Counted from the first letter of the stretch, positions 1-12,985 are shown. The stretch: 64,000 bases of DNA from Hemiscyllium ocellatum (GCF_020745735.1 NC_083401.1:129701740-129765739), one strand, 5' to 3'. Numbers and translations are program-made. Notes: generated from the letters alone by a model not told the origin.

Positions 1-852
1 CTTTCCGCCTTCCGCAAAGACCGTTCCCTCCGTGACTACCTGGTCAGGTCCACGCCCACCCTACAACCCACTCTCCCGTCCTGGCACCTTCCCTGCCACC
101 GCAGGAATTGCAAAACCTGCGTCTACACCTCCTTCCTCACCTCCATCCAAGGCCCTAAAGGAGCCTTCCACATCCATCAAAGTTTTACCTGCATATCCAC
201 CATTATCATTTATTGTACCCGTTGCTCCCGATGCGGTCTCCTCTACATTGGGGAGACTGGATGCCTCCTTGCCCAGCGCTTTAGGGAACATCTTTGGGAC
301 ACCCGCACCAATCAACCACGCCGCACTGTGGCCAAACATTTCAACTCCCCCTCCCACTCTGCAGAGGACATGGAGGTCCTGGGCCTCTTTCATCGCCACT
401 CCCTCACCACCTGACGCCTGGAGGAAGAACGCCTCATCTTCCGCCTCAGAACACTTCAACCCCAGGGCATCAATGTGGACTCCAATAATTTCCTAATTTC
501 CCCTTCCCCCACCTCACTCCAGTTCCAAACTTCCAGCTCAGCACTGTCCCCATGACCTGTCCTACCTGCCTATCTTCTTTTCCACCTATCCACTCCACCA
601 TCCTCTCTGACATATCACCTTCATCCCCTCCCCCACTCACCTCTTGTACTCTATGCTGCTTTCTCCCCACCCCCACCCTCCTCTCATTTATATCTCCACC
701 CTTCAGGCACTCTGCCTGCATTCCTGATGAAGGGCTTTTGCCCGAAACGTCAATTTTACTGCTCCACGGATGCTGCCTGAACTGCTGTGCTTTTCCAGCA
801 CCTCTAATCCAGAATCTGGTTTCCAGCATCTGCAGTCATTGCTTTTACCTAC
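1..852 (+). mobile_element. Penelope-like retroelement, 3' part (GIY-YIG endonuclease region + terminal repeat), decayed
   Basis: Broken frames read AFRKDRSLRDYLVRS...GTFPCHRRNCKTC...IYCTRCSRCGLLYIGETG...RFREH, typical of a PLE GIY-YIG domain with a Cys-rich linker. Followed by a C-rich UTR and the terminal repeat ending ccagcatctgcagtc. Confidence 0.85.
721..755 (+). ncRNA. Minimal (short stem III) hammerhead ribozyme motif in PLE terminal repeat
   Basis: CTGATGA(724-730)-A-GGGC-TTTT-GCCC-GAAA(744-747)-CG-TC: both core boxes, 4-bp stem II, palindromic ACGT at stem III, GUC triplet. Stem I is weak. Confidence 0.7.
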
Positions 853-2167
853 CATCCAAGACAAAACAGCCTTTTTGACTGGCATACTAACCACCACCTT
901 CAACATTCCCACCCTGCAATATCATTGACAATGGCAGCAGTGTGTACCATCTGCAAGATGCAATTTAGTAAATACATCCCATGTACAAAAAAATAAACGA
1001 ACATGAAGAATCCTCACAATGTTTCATGGCACGTTATCGCTAAAGATTTACTTCAGCGGTGTAGCCACTGTTGCAATGTAGTTATTGCCAATCTTTAATT
1101 ATTTTGGAATTTTTTGAAGGACCAGTAAGAAATCATACAGTTAATTTCCTTGAGGTTTCCCTTGCTCTGCTGTCATAGTTTGATTGTAATTTGGCAGAAA
1201 CCCCTTTCATTAACACACGTAACTGGGTTTCCACCAACATTACAGTGCCAGTGTGGAAAACGTTCAGAGAAAATTTTCTCACCAAGTATTTTATTACTGC
1301 ACTCACTCTGCTACTGATTTCATTTTATTTTAAATCTCTCTCAAATTTTAACAGGTCATTTCCAGCCTGAATCATTAGACTTCTCAGTTTGTGAATTTGC
1401 ACTAATTTCAGGAGGTCAAGTTTATGCGGTTAGTTAGATTGAGTATTAGAATACACCATCACCAATCTGACAAGGAATTATTATTTGCCCCAAGCATCTT
1501 AATATCTGCATACAACGTTGATTTTCATTTCATTGGCAGCTGACACAAGTTTTCCCGAAGTGCACTAAAGGAATGTTAAAGACTTTGTTATGACAGGAAA
1601 ATAAAATTTCAAATTGTTACGGATGCATTTCTCGAGATCCGTTGTTGCAAAAGGCTACAAACATTTTCAGAGAATAGTATTAAATTATAAATTTAAGCCC
1701 CTAATTCTTTAAATGTAAAATGTGCTTGTGAGTGTTGAATCTGCATAACCTGCTACTAATAATTTCTTCTTCCTGACTTGTTATATTGCCAAATTTTGAT
1801 TTGAAGAATGCAACATTGAATAGGATTTTTTTGGATGAAAAGTCCACGGAGCAACCTGTGAATGTTTATTTTTGCATGCTATTATCTTTTATGACTTTTT
1901 TTTAACAATTCTACTTGTCACTGTGTACCAGTCAATCTTTGTGTAGATTTTGTCTTTGAAGCATTTATGGTAGTCGAATGACAAAAGGGACATCACCAAT
2001 AGCAGGAATATGTGCCAGCAGGCAGCACTCCAGGAAGGTTTCTTTGTTTGAAACAGCCAGCAGACTCAGGAGACCAGTGAATCAAAACACAGCTTCATTC
2101 ACAATAATCTTTTAAATGCCATTGCAACACTTTAAATATCTTAATCATATATGTTTATTCCACATAC

Positions 2168-2327
2168 CAGAGAAGCTACCCAGTCACAAAATTCCTTTGT
2201 TATTTGTTTTATTTCTTCATCTTGTCCTTTCTTTTTATCCCATTTTCGATTGGTTTTCTGGTCTTCTTTCTCTTTCCTTTTGAATAAAATCCACTTGTAG
2301 GGGTTTCTTTGCTTTGTTTCTTCACCA
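2168..2327 (-). CDS. FAM47E: FAM47E-like protein, coding exon 4
   Basis: ttgtacAG|T GGT GAA...TCT CTG|GTatgt; 160 nt, phase 2 to 0, matching exon 3. Encodes GEETKQRNPYKW...DEEIKQITKEFCDWVASL, a FAM47-family motif. Confidence 0.85.
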
Positions 2328-3235
2328 CTGTACAATCCAAGCACCAATAATTATTGAAACTATATGTATCAATAGAAGTAGCGTGTGATTTTCAGACTGA
2401 ATCACTATTAGAATATTTTAAGCACACAATTTATACTGAATTTAGCTCACAAGAACGCCTGTTTTGGCATCTTTTTCGTCAAAAACACGTTGTTTTGGAA
2501 AACTTAAGGACCTGAATTAGATGACTGAATGAGCATGAGAGTTTATGATATCAATTTTTAATACAACTAACAACAGGATTGAAAAGGTCGATCTCTGCTC
2601 TAATCCCTTCCAACTTCCTAGTGTACAATTGTATCTGCTTCACTCATGGTTTCTCATGCACAGGGATTCCACTACAGGAATCGAATTAAAAAAGCAGGTT
2701 CTTAAAATTACTTCAGTTCATTGTGTGGACATGTGCACTGACTCCATCATGATTGGAGTGTCTGCATTGCCAGTGGCCATGAATTTCACATTGCTTGTAT
2801 ATAGATATTTTTATTAAGAAAGAAGATTTTAAAATTTTTTTTTACAAACTTACAAAAATAATACAAACTAGTGTATTCCACTTTGCAATATAATAACATC
2901 AATATAAAATTTAAAAAAAAGAAACCAAACAATTAATCTATTCTACAAACGACCAAGACAAAAAAATAGGATAAGTTTCAAGGCTAGCTATTCCTGAGGA
3001 TTTCTATAATTTTGAGAAAATGAGTTAGTGAAACATTCTCAAGAGTGATTGATCACTTTCCAATCAATTGCCTTTAATTAACCAGCACATAATGAGGTAA
3101 TAGCCCTCTTTCATCTGTCTGCATCTTGCAATTTGAGGCCGAACTGATGGGATGGTGTTGCCAGTTGATCCTTCTCTGGTAAAGCCCACAGCAAGGATGT
3201 TGGGTCAACCACTGAAAACTGCACATATAGAAGAA

Positions 3236-3553
3236 AGTACAGAAACATGGAAACATAGAAAATAGGGACAAATGGCCTACTCTTCACCTTCGAGCCTGCA
3301 CCACCATTCAATATGATCATGCAATCTCAATAACCATTCCCACCCTCTCCCCATACCCCTTGATCCCTTTAGCAGCCAAGGGCCACATCCAGCTTCACAT
3401 TGAATATATCTAATGAACTGGCCCCCAACAGTTTCCTGTGTGAGAGAATCCCACAGGTTCACAACTCTGTGGGAAGAAATTCTTCTTAATCTCAGACCTG
3501 AATGGCTTATCCCTTAGACTGTCACCCCTAGTTCTGGACTTCCCCAATATTGA
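3236..3553 (-). mobile_element. CR1-type LINE 3' fragment
   Basis: agaaacatggaaacatagaaa tail-like repeat and similarity to the CR1 3' end at 51522-51860. Confidence 0.65.
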
Positions 3554-4115
3554 GGTGGAGTCCATCCCACATTTTGGCCCACCCATTCAACCAACCCCTG
3601 CTCTCCCCCAACCCAGGAATTTCAGTGATGGAGCATTTCAAACCTCTGTTGTCTTTCATTAATATTGTACAGTATTGCATATAAAAATGTTGTGAGAGAG
3701 CTACACTGCTTTATTTTTGCATTTCCCAGAAATCTTTCACCGAAGCTGTGATGAATGATTGAGAAAATCTCCAAAACTCCCAAATTTCAGCCATGTTGCT
3801 AGAGAAGAAGAAAGTGATTTTTGCAGCCTCCTTTGTAATCACCTTACTGTACTGCAAGGGGCCCAGAGAGAGGCTTAACCAGAGGGAGGTACATGATAAT
3901 TGAAAAGAACTTCAAATAGAGGATGAAACTGGAGCAGGCAGATGCTTCATCAAGACTTTGAAAAAAAGTTTGCATTGCAAATTGGATTAGTTAGCATCTG
4001 TAGAGAGGACAGGTTTCATGTATCGAATAAGCTGAACACTGAGTTTTAATTCAGTCTTTCGAGTGAAAAATGTTCTTAATTGAAATACACATTAAGTACA
4101 GAACAGCATACTTAC

Positions 4116-4249
4116 TTTTCTAAACATTTTTTGTGTTGAGTCTTTTTTGGTTTTATAACTGTCTGCTTCATTTCCTCAGGTACTTCTACACAAAGATCCT
4201 CAGTCAATAGCATCTCTGGATCCAGGAGACCTACAATTACCTCAAAGAG
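4116..4249 (-). CDS. FAM47E: FAM47E-like protein, coding exon 3
   Basis: ttttcaatccAG|CTC TTT GAG...GAA AA|GTaagt; 134 nt, phase 0 to 2. Encodes LFEVIVGLLDPEMLL..., resembling FAM47 'VLEVLDPD'. Confidence 0.85.
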
Positions 4250-4779
4250 CTGGATTGAAAATATGTTTGTTATTCTTTTGGGGACAAGTGCACAACTATA
4301 AATTTTTTTGTGGCTATTCATAGGTAATCAATGGACAGAAGATTGGCTCTCAGGTGATAATGCTGTCTCGGATTGGAAAGCTGTAGGTTCAAACTTGACA
4401 TCAGTATTTGTGTTTAGCCGAGGCTGAGATTCCAGTGCAGTACCAAGTAAGTACTCTATTGGCACTAATGCACTTTTTGAATGAATCTCTAAACTGAAGA
4501 GAGTTGGTGGATACCTGTTGGTGGCTCTCTCTTACACATTTAGAATTTATCTACAGAAGCCGAAGAGTGTCAATACTCAATTAGTCTGTTAACATGTTGA
4601 AATGTGGGACTATATTAGCATCCCAGTGAGAGGGCAGACACTCTGTGAGAAGGGCAACTTCTTATATATTCCGAACATTTAAAAAATGGTGGAAGCAGAG
4701 TAATGTGGATAATGCAGCTGCTCCTGAATTCAAGGTCTCTAGATTTCTAGCACAGAAGCAGAAAATGTCAGATTTAATA

Positions 4780-5092
4780 AGATTAGATTCCCTACAGGGT
4801 GGAAACAGGCCCTTCGGCCCAACAAGTCCACATCGACCCTCCAAAGAGTAACCCGCCCAGTCCCATTTCCCTCTGAATGATGCACCTAACACTATGGGCA
4901 ACTTAGCATGGCCAATCCACCTGACCTGCACATCTTTGGACTGTGGGAGGAAACCAGAGCACCCAGAGGAAACCCGCGCAGACATGGGGAGAATGTGCAA
5001 ACTCCACACAGACAGTTGCCCAAGGTGGGAATTAAACCTGGGTCCCTGGTGCTGTGAGGCAGCAGTGCTAACCACTGAGCCACCATGCCACC
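4780..5092 (-). mobile_element. HE1-type tRNA-derived SINE
   Basis: Minus strand reads tggctcagtggttagcactgctgcctcacagc (A box), B-box-like ggtttaattccc, core ggagtttgcacattctcccc, (aatct)n tail. Confidence 0.9.
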
Positions 5093-5264
5093 TGTGTTGG
5101 GATATTTAAAATTATAATTGGAGCTTTAATAGTTTAAAAGAGGACTAAAGTGAAGAGGGAGAGATTGGAAAGATAGAGTTTGTGGGAGGGACCTGTCCAC
5201 ATGTTTGTAAAGGTGACAACGCCTCCAGAAAGAGATTCTGTTTTTTATTTGCACAAAACTCATA

Positions 5265-5546
5265 AGATTACATTAGATTACTTACAGTGTGGAAACAGGC
5301 CCTTCGGCCCAACAAGTCCACACCAACACCTCCGAAGAGCAACCCATCTAGACCCACTTCCCTACACCTAACACTACAGGCAATTTAGCATGGCCAATTC
5401 ACCTAACCTGCACATTTTTGGACTGTGGGAGGAAACCCACGCAGACATGAGGAGAATGTGCAAACTCCACATAGACAGTTGCCTGAGGTGGGAATTGAAC
5501 CCGGGTCCCTGGCGCTGTGAGGCAGCAGTGCTAACCACTGTGCCAC
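5265..5546 (-). mobile_element. HE1-type SINE
   Basis: Same head, core and tail as 4780-5092. Confidence 0.9.
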
Positions 5547-6032
5547 TCCTTGGACTGGGAGATCAACCTTTTCAACCTGTTTGTTGAGAGTTGGATATTA
5601 GTGGTCTAAATAGCGAAGGGAAGCAGGTTCCTGGGTATGTTATTTTTCTAAGGCTGAGTCTAAGGGTTGGTGGGATCCACAGACCTTTTACTCAGAGCCG
5701 GAGATTTGAGAGCTGACTGGTAAACGATTTGAGGAGGAAGCTGTTTTAGGTTTCTGGGAGATTAAGCTAAATGCTGGATTATACGATTTTAATTTTCTCT
5801 TTTGCGTGCTTAAAATTAAAAACTGTGGGTAAAGGAAGGGTAGTTCTTTTTTTTAAAAGATGGTTGTGGTTAGAGCTTCTTTCTATGATATCAAGCCTTA
5901 TAATATCAAATATAGGTTTGAAGTTCTCCCAGCACAATGTGACAGTAGGGTAATCAGTGTGCAAACACTGGATTCGAGAGAAGTGTGAGTCGTTTTAGGC
6001 TAATGTACATGAGCAAATGTTTTAAGGCACAG

Positions 6033-6258
6033 TCTCCAGCCAATCCAAACGGTCTGATATGGGATGGATCCAAACACACCTCCTGCAGACATAGTCTCTC
6101 AGGACAGTCGACTGTTCTCTAATCTCCCAGTCAATGGAGTGGTATGCTCCTCCTGTTGGACTGGGAGATTAGGGAACAGTTGACTGTTCTGAGAGACTAT
6201 GTCTGCAAGAGGTGTGATTGGATCTGTCTCATATCAGACTGTTTGGATCAGCTGGAGA
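6033..6258. repeat. Fold-back inverted repeat, 100-bp arms, 26-nt spacer
   Basis: 6033-6132 is the reverse complement of 6159-6258 with 11 substitutions and no indels by hand alignment. Confidence 0.95.
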
Positions 6259-9200
6259 GGCAGTTAGAATCCCTGATGGGCGTACAGGATTTGATTTGAT
6301 TTATTGTCATCACACGTACGCACGTACACTGAAAAGCTTTGTCTGCTAGCAATACAGGCAGATCATAGTAAAAACAGACATACAGAATATAAGGTTCTTA
6401 GACAGAGTGAGGAATGTGACACTGCACAGGAGTTACATGAAGCAAGAACAACAGGAGATACAGAGTGTGACGGTTAATAGTTCTAAAGAGGTGGTCACAC
6501 CACAGTTCAGTCAGAGAGATGGGTGACTGTCAGGTAGGAAGGTAGATCAAGATTCTCCTGTGGTTATTCCTCTACCGTTTTGGGTACTGTTGAAGGGGAT
6601 CACTCAAAGGAAAACTGAAGTGGCAGCCAGATCTTGGGCACCAGGATGAATCTTTTGTTAAGTAGGGTTTGTCAAAGTTCAAAAGACTAATTGTTCGCAG
6701 AGACTTTCCTGTCAGGGGCTGTGAACAAGAATTCTGGATGGTATGTTGCCACCGTGGTGCTGAAATCAAGGACATATCAAAGTGATTGTATGCATATTGT
6801 CAAAGGGAAGATTGATAAGCTGAAAGTTGCTGTACACATTGGTGAGAATGACATGGTTAGAGAGAGGGTTGAGGCTCTGCAGTGTGAGTATAGGAAGTTA
6901 GCTAAAAAGCAGGACCTTAAAAGGTAGCAGTCTCTGGATTATTCACAGCGCCATGTGCTTGTGAGAGTAGGAATAAGAAGATAGGGCAGATAAATCAATG
7001 ACTGAGGAAATGATGCAGCGGGCAGGTATTCAGATTTTTGGATTATTGGGATCTTTTCTCTGGCAGAAAAAACTTTTTTATAGGAGACAGATTTCAGCTG
7101 GACTGGAGGGAACCAACGTCCTGGCAGGAGATTTGGGAGCTATTTGGGAGCCTTTAAACTACAGAGAGGGTGTGGAAGGAATCCAAAGTTGTGGTGAGAA
7201 TAGAAAGACAAGTGAGTTAAATTTTGAATTTAAAAAAGAGCATTATTGCTGTACTCAGAGAGGATATTTCTGAGGGATTGTCCAGTGAACCTAAATGGGT
7301 GGAACTTAGAGATAAGAAGGGCATGGTACTGTAGGCCCCCCAAACATCAGATGGAAATTGAGGAGCAAATATGTAGAGAAATCTCAGATATATGTAAGAA
7401 TAATAGGGTTGCAATAGAGGGGTTTTAACTTTCCAAACATAGACTGGGATTGCCATAGTGTTAAGGGCTTGGATGGTGAAGTCTTGTTAAAAGTGTTCAA
7501 GAAAAGTTTCTTTATAAATCTGTGGATGTACCTATGAGAGAAGGAACAAAACTTGACACAACTAAAATGTAAGTGTTAATAGGAGAGCACATTGGGACCT
7601 GTGATCATAATTCTATTAGTTTTTAAATAGTTATGGTAAAGGATAGGCCTGTTATAAAAGTTAAAGTTCTTAATTAGAGTAAGGCAAATTTTGACAGTAT
7701 GGGACAAAAACTTTCAAGAGCTGATTGGAGTAGACTTTACACAGGTAAAGGATGACTGAAAAGTGGGAGACTTTCAAAATTGAGCTAATGAGAGTTCAGA
7801 GACATTATGTTCCTGTTAGAGTGAAAGGTAAGGCTGGTAAAAGTCAGGGACAATGGCTGAATAAAGATATTGAGGCTCTGGTCAAGAGTAAGGAGGAGTC
7901 ATATATTTGGTATAGGCAATTGGAATCGAGTGAATCTCTTTAAGAGTATAAGAGATGTAGGGCCATTCTTAAGAGGGAAATCAGGGTGGCAAAAGGGGGA
8001 TATGAGATAGCCTTGGCAGATAAGGTTAAGGATAATCCAAAGAGATTCTAAAAGGGTATTAACAGCAACTAAGGAGAGATTATGGTCTCTTGAAGTTCAA
8101 CGAGGATGTCTATGTGTAGACCATCGAAGAGATAATAAATGTATATATTTCAGATCAATTTTTACTGTGGGGAAAGAATTGGAGGCTAAGATATCTTGAA
8201 AACAGTTCAGGTTACAGAAGAGGAGGTGTTGGAGGGTTTAAAAAACAAAACGGTGGATAAATCGCCATGACCTGATCAAATGTAACCCAGGATGTTATGG
8301 GAAGCTGGGGAAGAAATCTCTAGTAGATATGTTTGTATCATCTGCAGCCATGGCTGAGGTGCCAGAGGACCGGAGGCTGGCTAATGTTGTGCCTTTATTT
8401 AAGAGAGGCTGGAAGGAGAAGCCTGGGAACTGTGGTCTGGTCAGTCTGACATCAGTGATGGATAGGTTGTTGGAGGGGATTCTGAGACATAAGATTTATA
8501 TGCATTTGGAGAGGCAAGGATTGATGAGCGATAGTCAGCATTTTTTTTTGCATGGGAAACTGTATCTCTCACAAACTTGGTTGAGTTTTTTGACCAAAAG
8601 ACTGATGTGGGTGGAACAGTAGATATTGTTTACATCGACTTTAGTAAAGCCTTTGACAACGTTCTGCTTGCTAGACTAATTAGGAGAGTCAGATCACACG
8701 GGATTCAGGGTGAGCTGGCCAATTGGATACAAGTTGGCTTGACAGTAGGAAACAGAGGGTGGTCTTTGGGGAGAAAGCTGGATTTTTTGGACTGAAGGCC
8801 TGTGACCAGCGGTGTTCCACAAGGATCATTGATATGGATAAGAATTTAGAAGGCATGATTAATAAGTTTGCAGATGACACCAAAATTTATGATATAGTGG
8901 ACAATGAAGACAGTTATCTAAGATTACAAAGGGGTGTTGGTCAATTTGGTCAATGGGCTGAGTGGCAGATGGAGATGAATTTTGATAAATACAAGAAACT
9001 GCATTTTGGCAAAACAAACGTGGGTAGGACTTTTGCAATTAATGGTAGGGTTCTGAGTAGTACAGAGAATAAGTAGATAAATCCGTGAGTTGATCCAAAT
9101 AGAAAAGTATAACTTTTGTTTGTATCAGATGAATGTGCTTTGCTCTGTGCAATTTTTAAATAATTTTATGGGGTGATTTTAATTCTACCCTTCCAGTCAA

Positions 9201-9479
9201 AAGTAGCCTAACAGACATAACAAAAACATGGAAATTCCCCACCAAGGTCCTGCTCCACCTATACTAGGATTCAATTTTAAAGCAGCCAGAATAGACAGAG
9301 TCTTACTTATTAAAAGTTCAAATTGAACTTTGATGAACCCTGACTGCTATTTGAACCAAAAGTCAAAAGTGGAAGACATTAAGCCTTTCCCACTCAAACA
9401 AAAATAGGAGAGATCCAAAAAGCAAGTCATTTAAATATTAAAATAAGATTGTCAGCTTTTTGTCTGAGTTATTTCCTAC

Positions 9480-9858
9480 CTTTGGAGGTATTCCTTCTTC
9501 CAGGTGTGGATAAAGAGCTAATGGATGCTGACTCAAGCCATATTCAATCTCTTCCAGTTGCTCCCTCCGAGTCTGTTGTAATGGCAGAGACTTGGAAAAA
9601 CATATCTGTGATTTAGTAAGCCTGTTTGACACACGCTGAGCAGGTTTGAACGTTTCGGTGACGTTCACGAGAAAGGGATGAAGACCAGCGCCCTTCACAC
9701 TGTATACCATGGCTAAGTCTTCCGGTGTCTGAGGTGGATAGCCATCGCGGAAATCATCCAGCCCACTTTTCAAGAAACGCCATCGGTGTCCATTCAAAGC
9801 ATCAGACAACGCGGTAGGATTCTTTTTGAGGTACTTCGTCTTTAACCTCTCCTTGTAC
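9480..9858 (-). CDS. FAM47E: FAM47E-like protein, coding exon 2
   Basis: aattgtAG|G TAC AAG GAG...CCA AAG|GTagga; 379 nt, phase 2 to 0. Encodes YKERLKTKYLK...WRFLKSGLDDFRDGYP...LSQHPLALYPHLEEGIPP, with the FAM47 hallmarks GLDDFR and HPLA.YP.LEE. Confidence 0.92.
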
Positions 9859-10312
9859 CTACAATTTGAAGTAAGTTTTCAGTTTCATTCATTACCTGGT
9901 GTTGTGCCTCACTATACTGTGTCTCTTCCTCAAAAAAATACACAACCCTGAATTTACAGGCTAGATTTTACTCCACAATCAATACGATGTCCCCTCCAGC
10001 AGCGGCTACCCTCTGGGAAAATTCCCTTGTCTGCAAAATCATCATTTTCCCCATCCTGTCTAACACCCTGTCTATTAACTCTGTGCAGACGGTAAAGATG
10101 CTCCTTGCTAGTTAATGCGGGGAAATGCAACCAAAAGCCAGCTCCCAGATTGTAAATGGTACAGCACCATTTAACCTTCCTCCTTCAAATGCGCAGGAAC
10201 TGAATCCCTGTTGGCTAGGTTTGCATTATGCTTGTCATGTCAAAAAACAAGTTGGCCACTGCTGCCTCAGCATACCGCGGTCAGGGGCGTCCCGTGGAGA
10301 GAACCCGCTTAC

Positions 10313-10398
10313 CAGGGTTGGGGAAGTGGCGGCTTGTCCGAGCGTGTTTTGCTGAACTCAGATTTCCCCGCAAGAAGCGTGTCGTACTTGTGGGCCAT
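10313..10398 (-). CDS. FAM47E: FAM47E-like protein, coding exon 1 (ATG)
   Basis: Not in the ORF track. ATG GCC CAC...CAA CCC TG|GTaagc = MAHKYDTLLAGKSEFSKTRSDKPPLPQP(W); 86 nt, phase 2 joins exon 2 to give PW-YKERL. Lies in a CpG-rich patch. Confidence 0.8.
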
Positions 10399-10479
10399 CG
10401 CAGGGGGACAGGGGGTGGGGGGCTGTGCTGCTTTTCCCAAATGACACTCTTCACTGCGGACACATTACTAAAGCAGCGT

Positions 10480-10600
10480 TCGCACTGGCCGGGCCTGACG
10501 TCCCCCCCATCCTGGCATCGATTGTAAACAATATAGTTGCTAGGAGACCCATTTGTAGCAGCAGTCAACACCGGAAGGCCAGTTCTATGTCAGGAAACAG
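10480..10600 (-). promoter_or_regulatory. Putative FAM47E proximal promoter (CRE-like, forkhead, RFX X-box, ETS motifs)
   Basis: TGACGTC 10496-10502; GTAAACAA 10524-10531; GTTGCTAGGAGAC 10536-10548; ACCGGAAG 10570-10577. All lie 100-180 bp upstream of the ATG in CpG-enriched sequence. Confidence 0.6.
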
Positions 10601-10864
10601 ACAAGTATCACATCGTCAGACAACACAAGAGGACGCTCTGGGTCTTTGAAAGAGATACTCAATCACACCCCCCGCCCATTCTAATGCTCTTGATAGCCAA
10701 GCACTACTCTCCTTTTGCAATCATGTTTTAAAGTGCAATTTGAAAATTACTATCGACTCTAATTCTTCCATCATTTTAGGCAATGCATTCTATTCTATCA
10801 ATTTCATGCATAAAAACGTTTTCTTATCTCCCCAGATTAATTTGCCCTAAATAGATGTGCAACT

Positions 10865-10958
10865 GGAAACCACTTAACCCAGTCAGAATGCCAGAGTTTG
10901 AACATTTCACTGCCTGGTGGAAACTATTTAACCCAGTCAGAACTCCATAGTTTGAACA
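10865..10958. repeat. Degenerate direct repeat (2 x ~40 bp)
   Basis: ggaaaccacttaacccagtcagaatgccagagtttgaaca / ggaaactatttaacccagtcagaactccatagtttgaaca. Confidence 0.8.
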
Positions 10959-12339
10959 CCTGACTCATATTTTCCCTCATCTTTTTTTGCTCTGTGGAGA
11001 ATAACTGCAGTTTATCTAGTCTCTCGGTGTAATTAAAGTCTTCCATTCTAGATGGGTTACCCCAACTTAAGCTCCCAAGCAGGGAGAAATCAACTGGCTT
11101 CCTACTTCAGGCAAACAGCTCATTGAATGGACACAGCAAGATTATTTTGAAAAAAAAAGGAACCCTTCCCTTGTGAGTACCTTTCTCTCAGACCAAATAA
11201 AATTATGTCTCAAAAGGAGCTGAATTAATCAGGCTTTCTTGACGAAACAGAAGAGTGAGTTCATTATTTACTCGTGCAAGAAAAATATTAACACTGCACA
11301 CATACACACAGGTTAGAATTGTGAAATGAGTCAAAAATGGATACAAGTTAAAATAAAACAGATTGGTTTCTGAATCATTCGTAAATAGCCGATGGGCAAA
11401 CATTGAGGCCATTACAGTGGATGTCACTAATAATGTTGACACGGGAAATTGAACAGTGGATCTTAAGATTCCTCACTTTGCAAGTTGATTGTAATTCCCT
11501 TCTCCAGTTCCTTTTGACAGCATCTGACTGGCTGCATTCAGAGTGAGAGAATACTTTCCCTTGATTTACCTTCAGTGGAGGAGTGTTTCGTGGCTATTCT
11601 GAAAGCTTTGCCTTCCATAGTGCACTACTCCATATCTAGGACGTTAGGCCACCAAACACTGAGACCAGTGGTGCAGTTTGTTTTTAACCCTTTTTTAATC
11701 CCTAGAAGAGTTATACACAATCTACAGATATGGCCTCCTGCTGAGAGAGGTATAGGTGATCAGCCTCTTGTTAGCTCTTCGTTTTTAGTCTTTCTGTTTG
11801 AAGTTTCCCTGACATTGTACAGCTGTGACATTCCTTGGCCAACACAGGACTCTATCAGATGGTGAGTGAATTTACATCCACAGATTACTTCTTAACTGCA
11901 TCAGTCTACCTTAAAATCACATACTGTAATTAAAAGTTTTATATGTCCAAATGTACTGCAGGGTTCTGATCTGTTCTCGTGATACACGAAAGGTGATCTA
12001 TTCTAATTTTGTTATAAAAGATACAAAAGAAAAAGAACAAGTACTGTCATAGACACCGGTTAGCTGTTTAAGATTTCCATTCCATTCGTGCTTTGCCGGA
12101 GAGCAGGACCACAGATTCTTATCTGATGATGCTTCATTCTGAGCCACTTTCTTGACCATGTTAGTCACTGGGGATTTGCCTTCTGCTCTCAGACAAAAGA
12201 CAAAGAGGCAAGTCCCAAGTCCACTTCAACTAGATTGAAAATTGAATTGTTGGTATTAAGAACAACATGTGAAACAACTGAACCAACCCCTTGTTTAAGG
12301 CTATATACCCAATATCAACTGCACTATCTTCATTAATTC

Positions 12340-12985
12340 TCTTTGTCACTCATACTGGTGAAAGGCAGGAAGTGGTGTTTCACAAGGATCAGTGCTGGTT
12401 TCACTGTAGTCCACCATTTACATACACAATTTAAATTCAGAAATTAGAAAAAACAATGAATGATGTCAACTTGAGGAGTATTTTTAACAAGGAGAAGGAC
12501 TGAAGAAAAATACACTTTCAGAATGGGAGTATCATTGTCAAATTAAGTGCAACATCAATAAATATTGACAAATGGTAATTTAAATGGACAAATAATGAGG
12601 TGCAAAAAATAAGGCACAGCTTTTCACTTCAAAAGGGAAAGCTTTTAAAAGTAGTGAACTCATTTAGTATATTATGATCAGTTCTGTCTCTGTGTAACAA
12701 AAAAAATTACGGAGACACTGAAGAAATTGCAAAAGATATAATAATATAAATGTCAGGTTATATTAATCTGCAAAAAAAAAACAGGTTAAGCTTGTTTCTC
12801 TAGAAATATTTAAAGTGGGACCTTAAGATTGTGAAGGGGTCTGACAGGTTAGATGTTGGACGCCACTTAGTTGAAAAAAGCTTAACCTTGCAGGGAAAGC
12901 CAAAGCCAGGGTCCATAAATCATTGTCACACATAGTTCAACATGTAGGCTCTTTATCAGACAGTGGTTAGAATGAGGAACTCATG
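12340..12985 (+). mobile_element. Highly decayed CR1-type RT/3' fragment
   Basis: agtggtgtttcacaaggatcagtgctgg ([10 protein letters not shown]-like) and later cagtggttagaatgaggaactc. Confidence 0.55.

Larger units (their letters stand above)
5110..9065 (+). mobile_element. Old, long CR1 LINE (5'UTR, ORF1 Cys motif/esterase, ORF2 APE-RT), decayed and interrupted
   Basis: Fragments VVCSSC...YVCKRC, VHIGENDM, FNFPNIDW, NVVPLFKRG, DFSKAFD, KFADDTK lie in colinear order. The 5' boundary is uncertain. Confidence 0.8.

Noticed and set aside
853-2167. Further FAM47E exons; likewise SCARB2 exon 9 after 61635
   Set aside because: No convincing in-phase exon found; both genes probably continue outside the window.
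11150-12050. Possible LTR-like block
   Set aside because: Termini and TSD could not be defined by eye.
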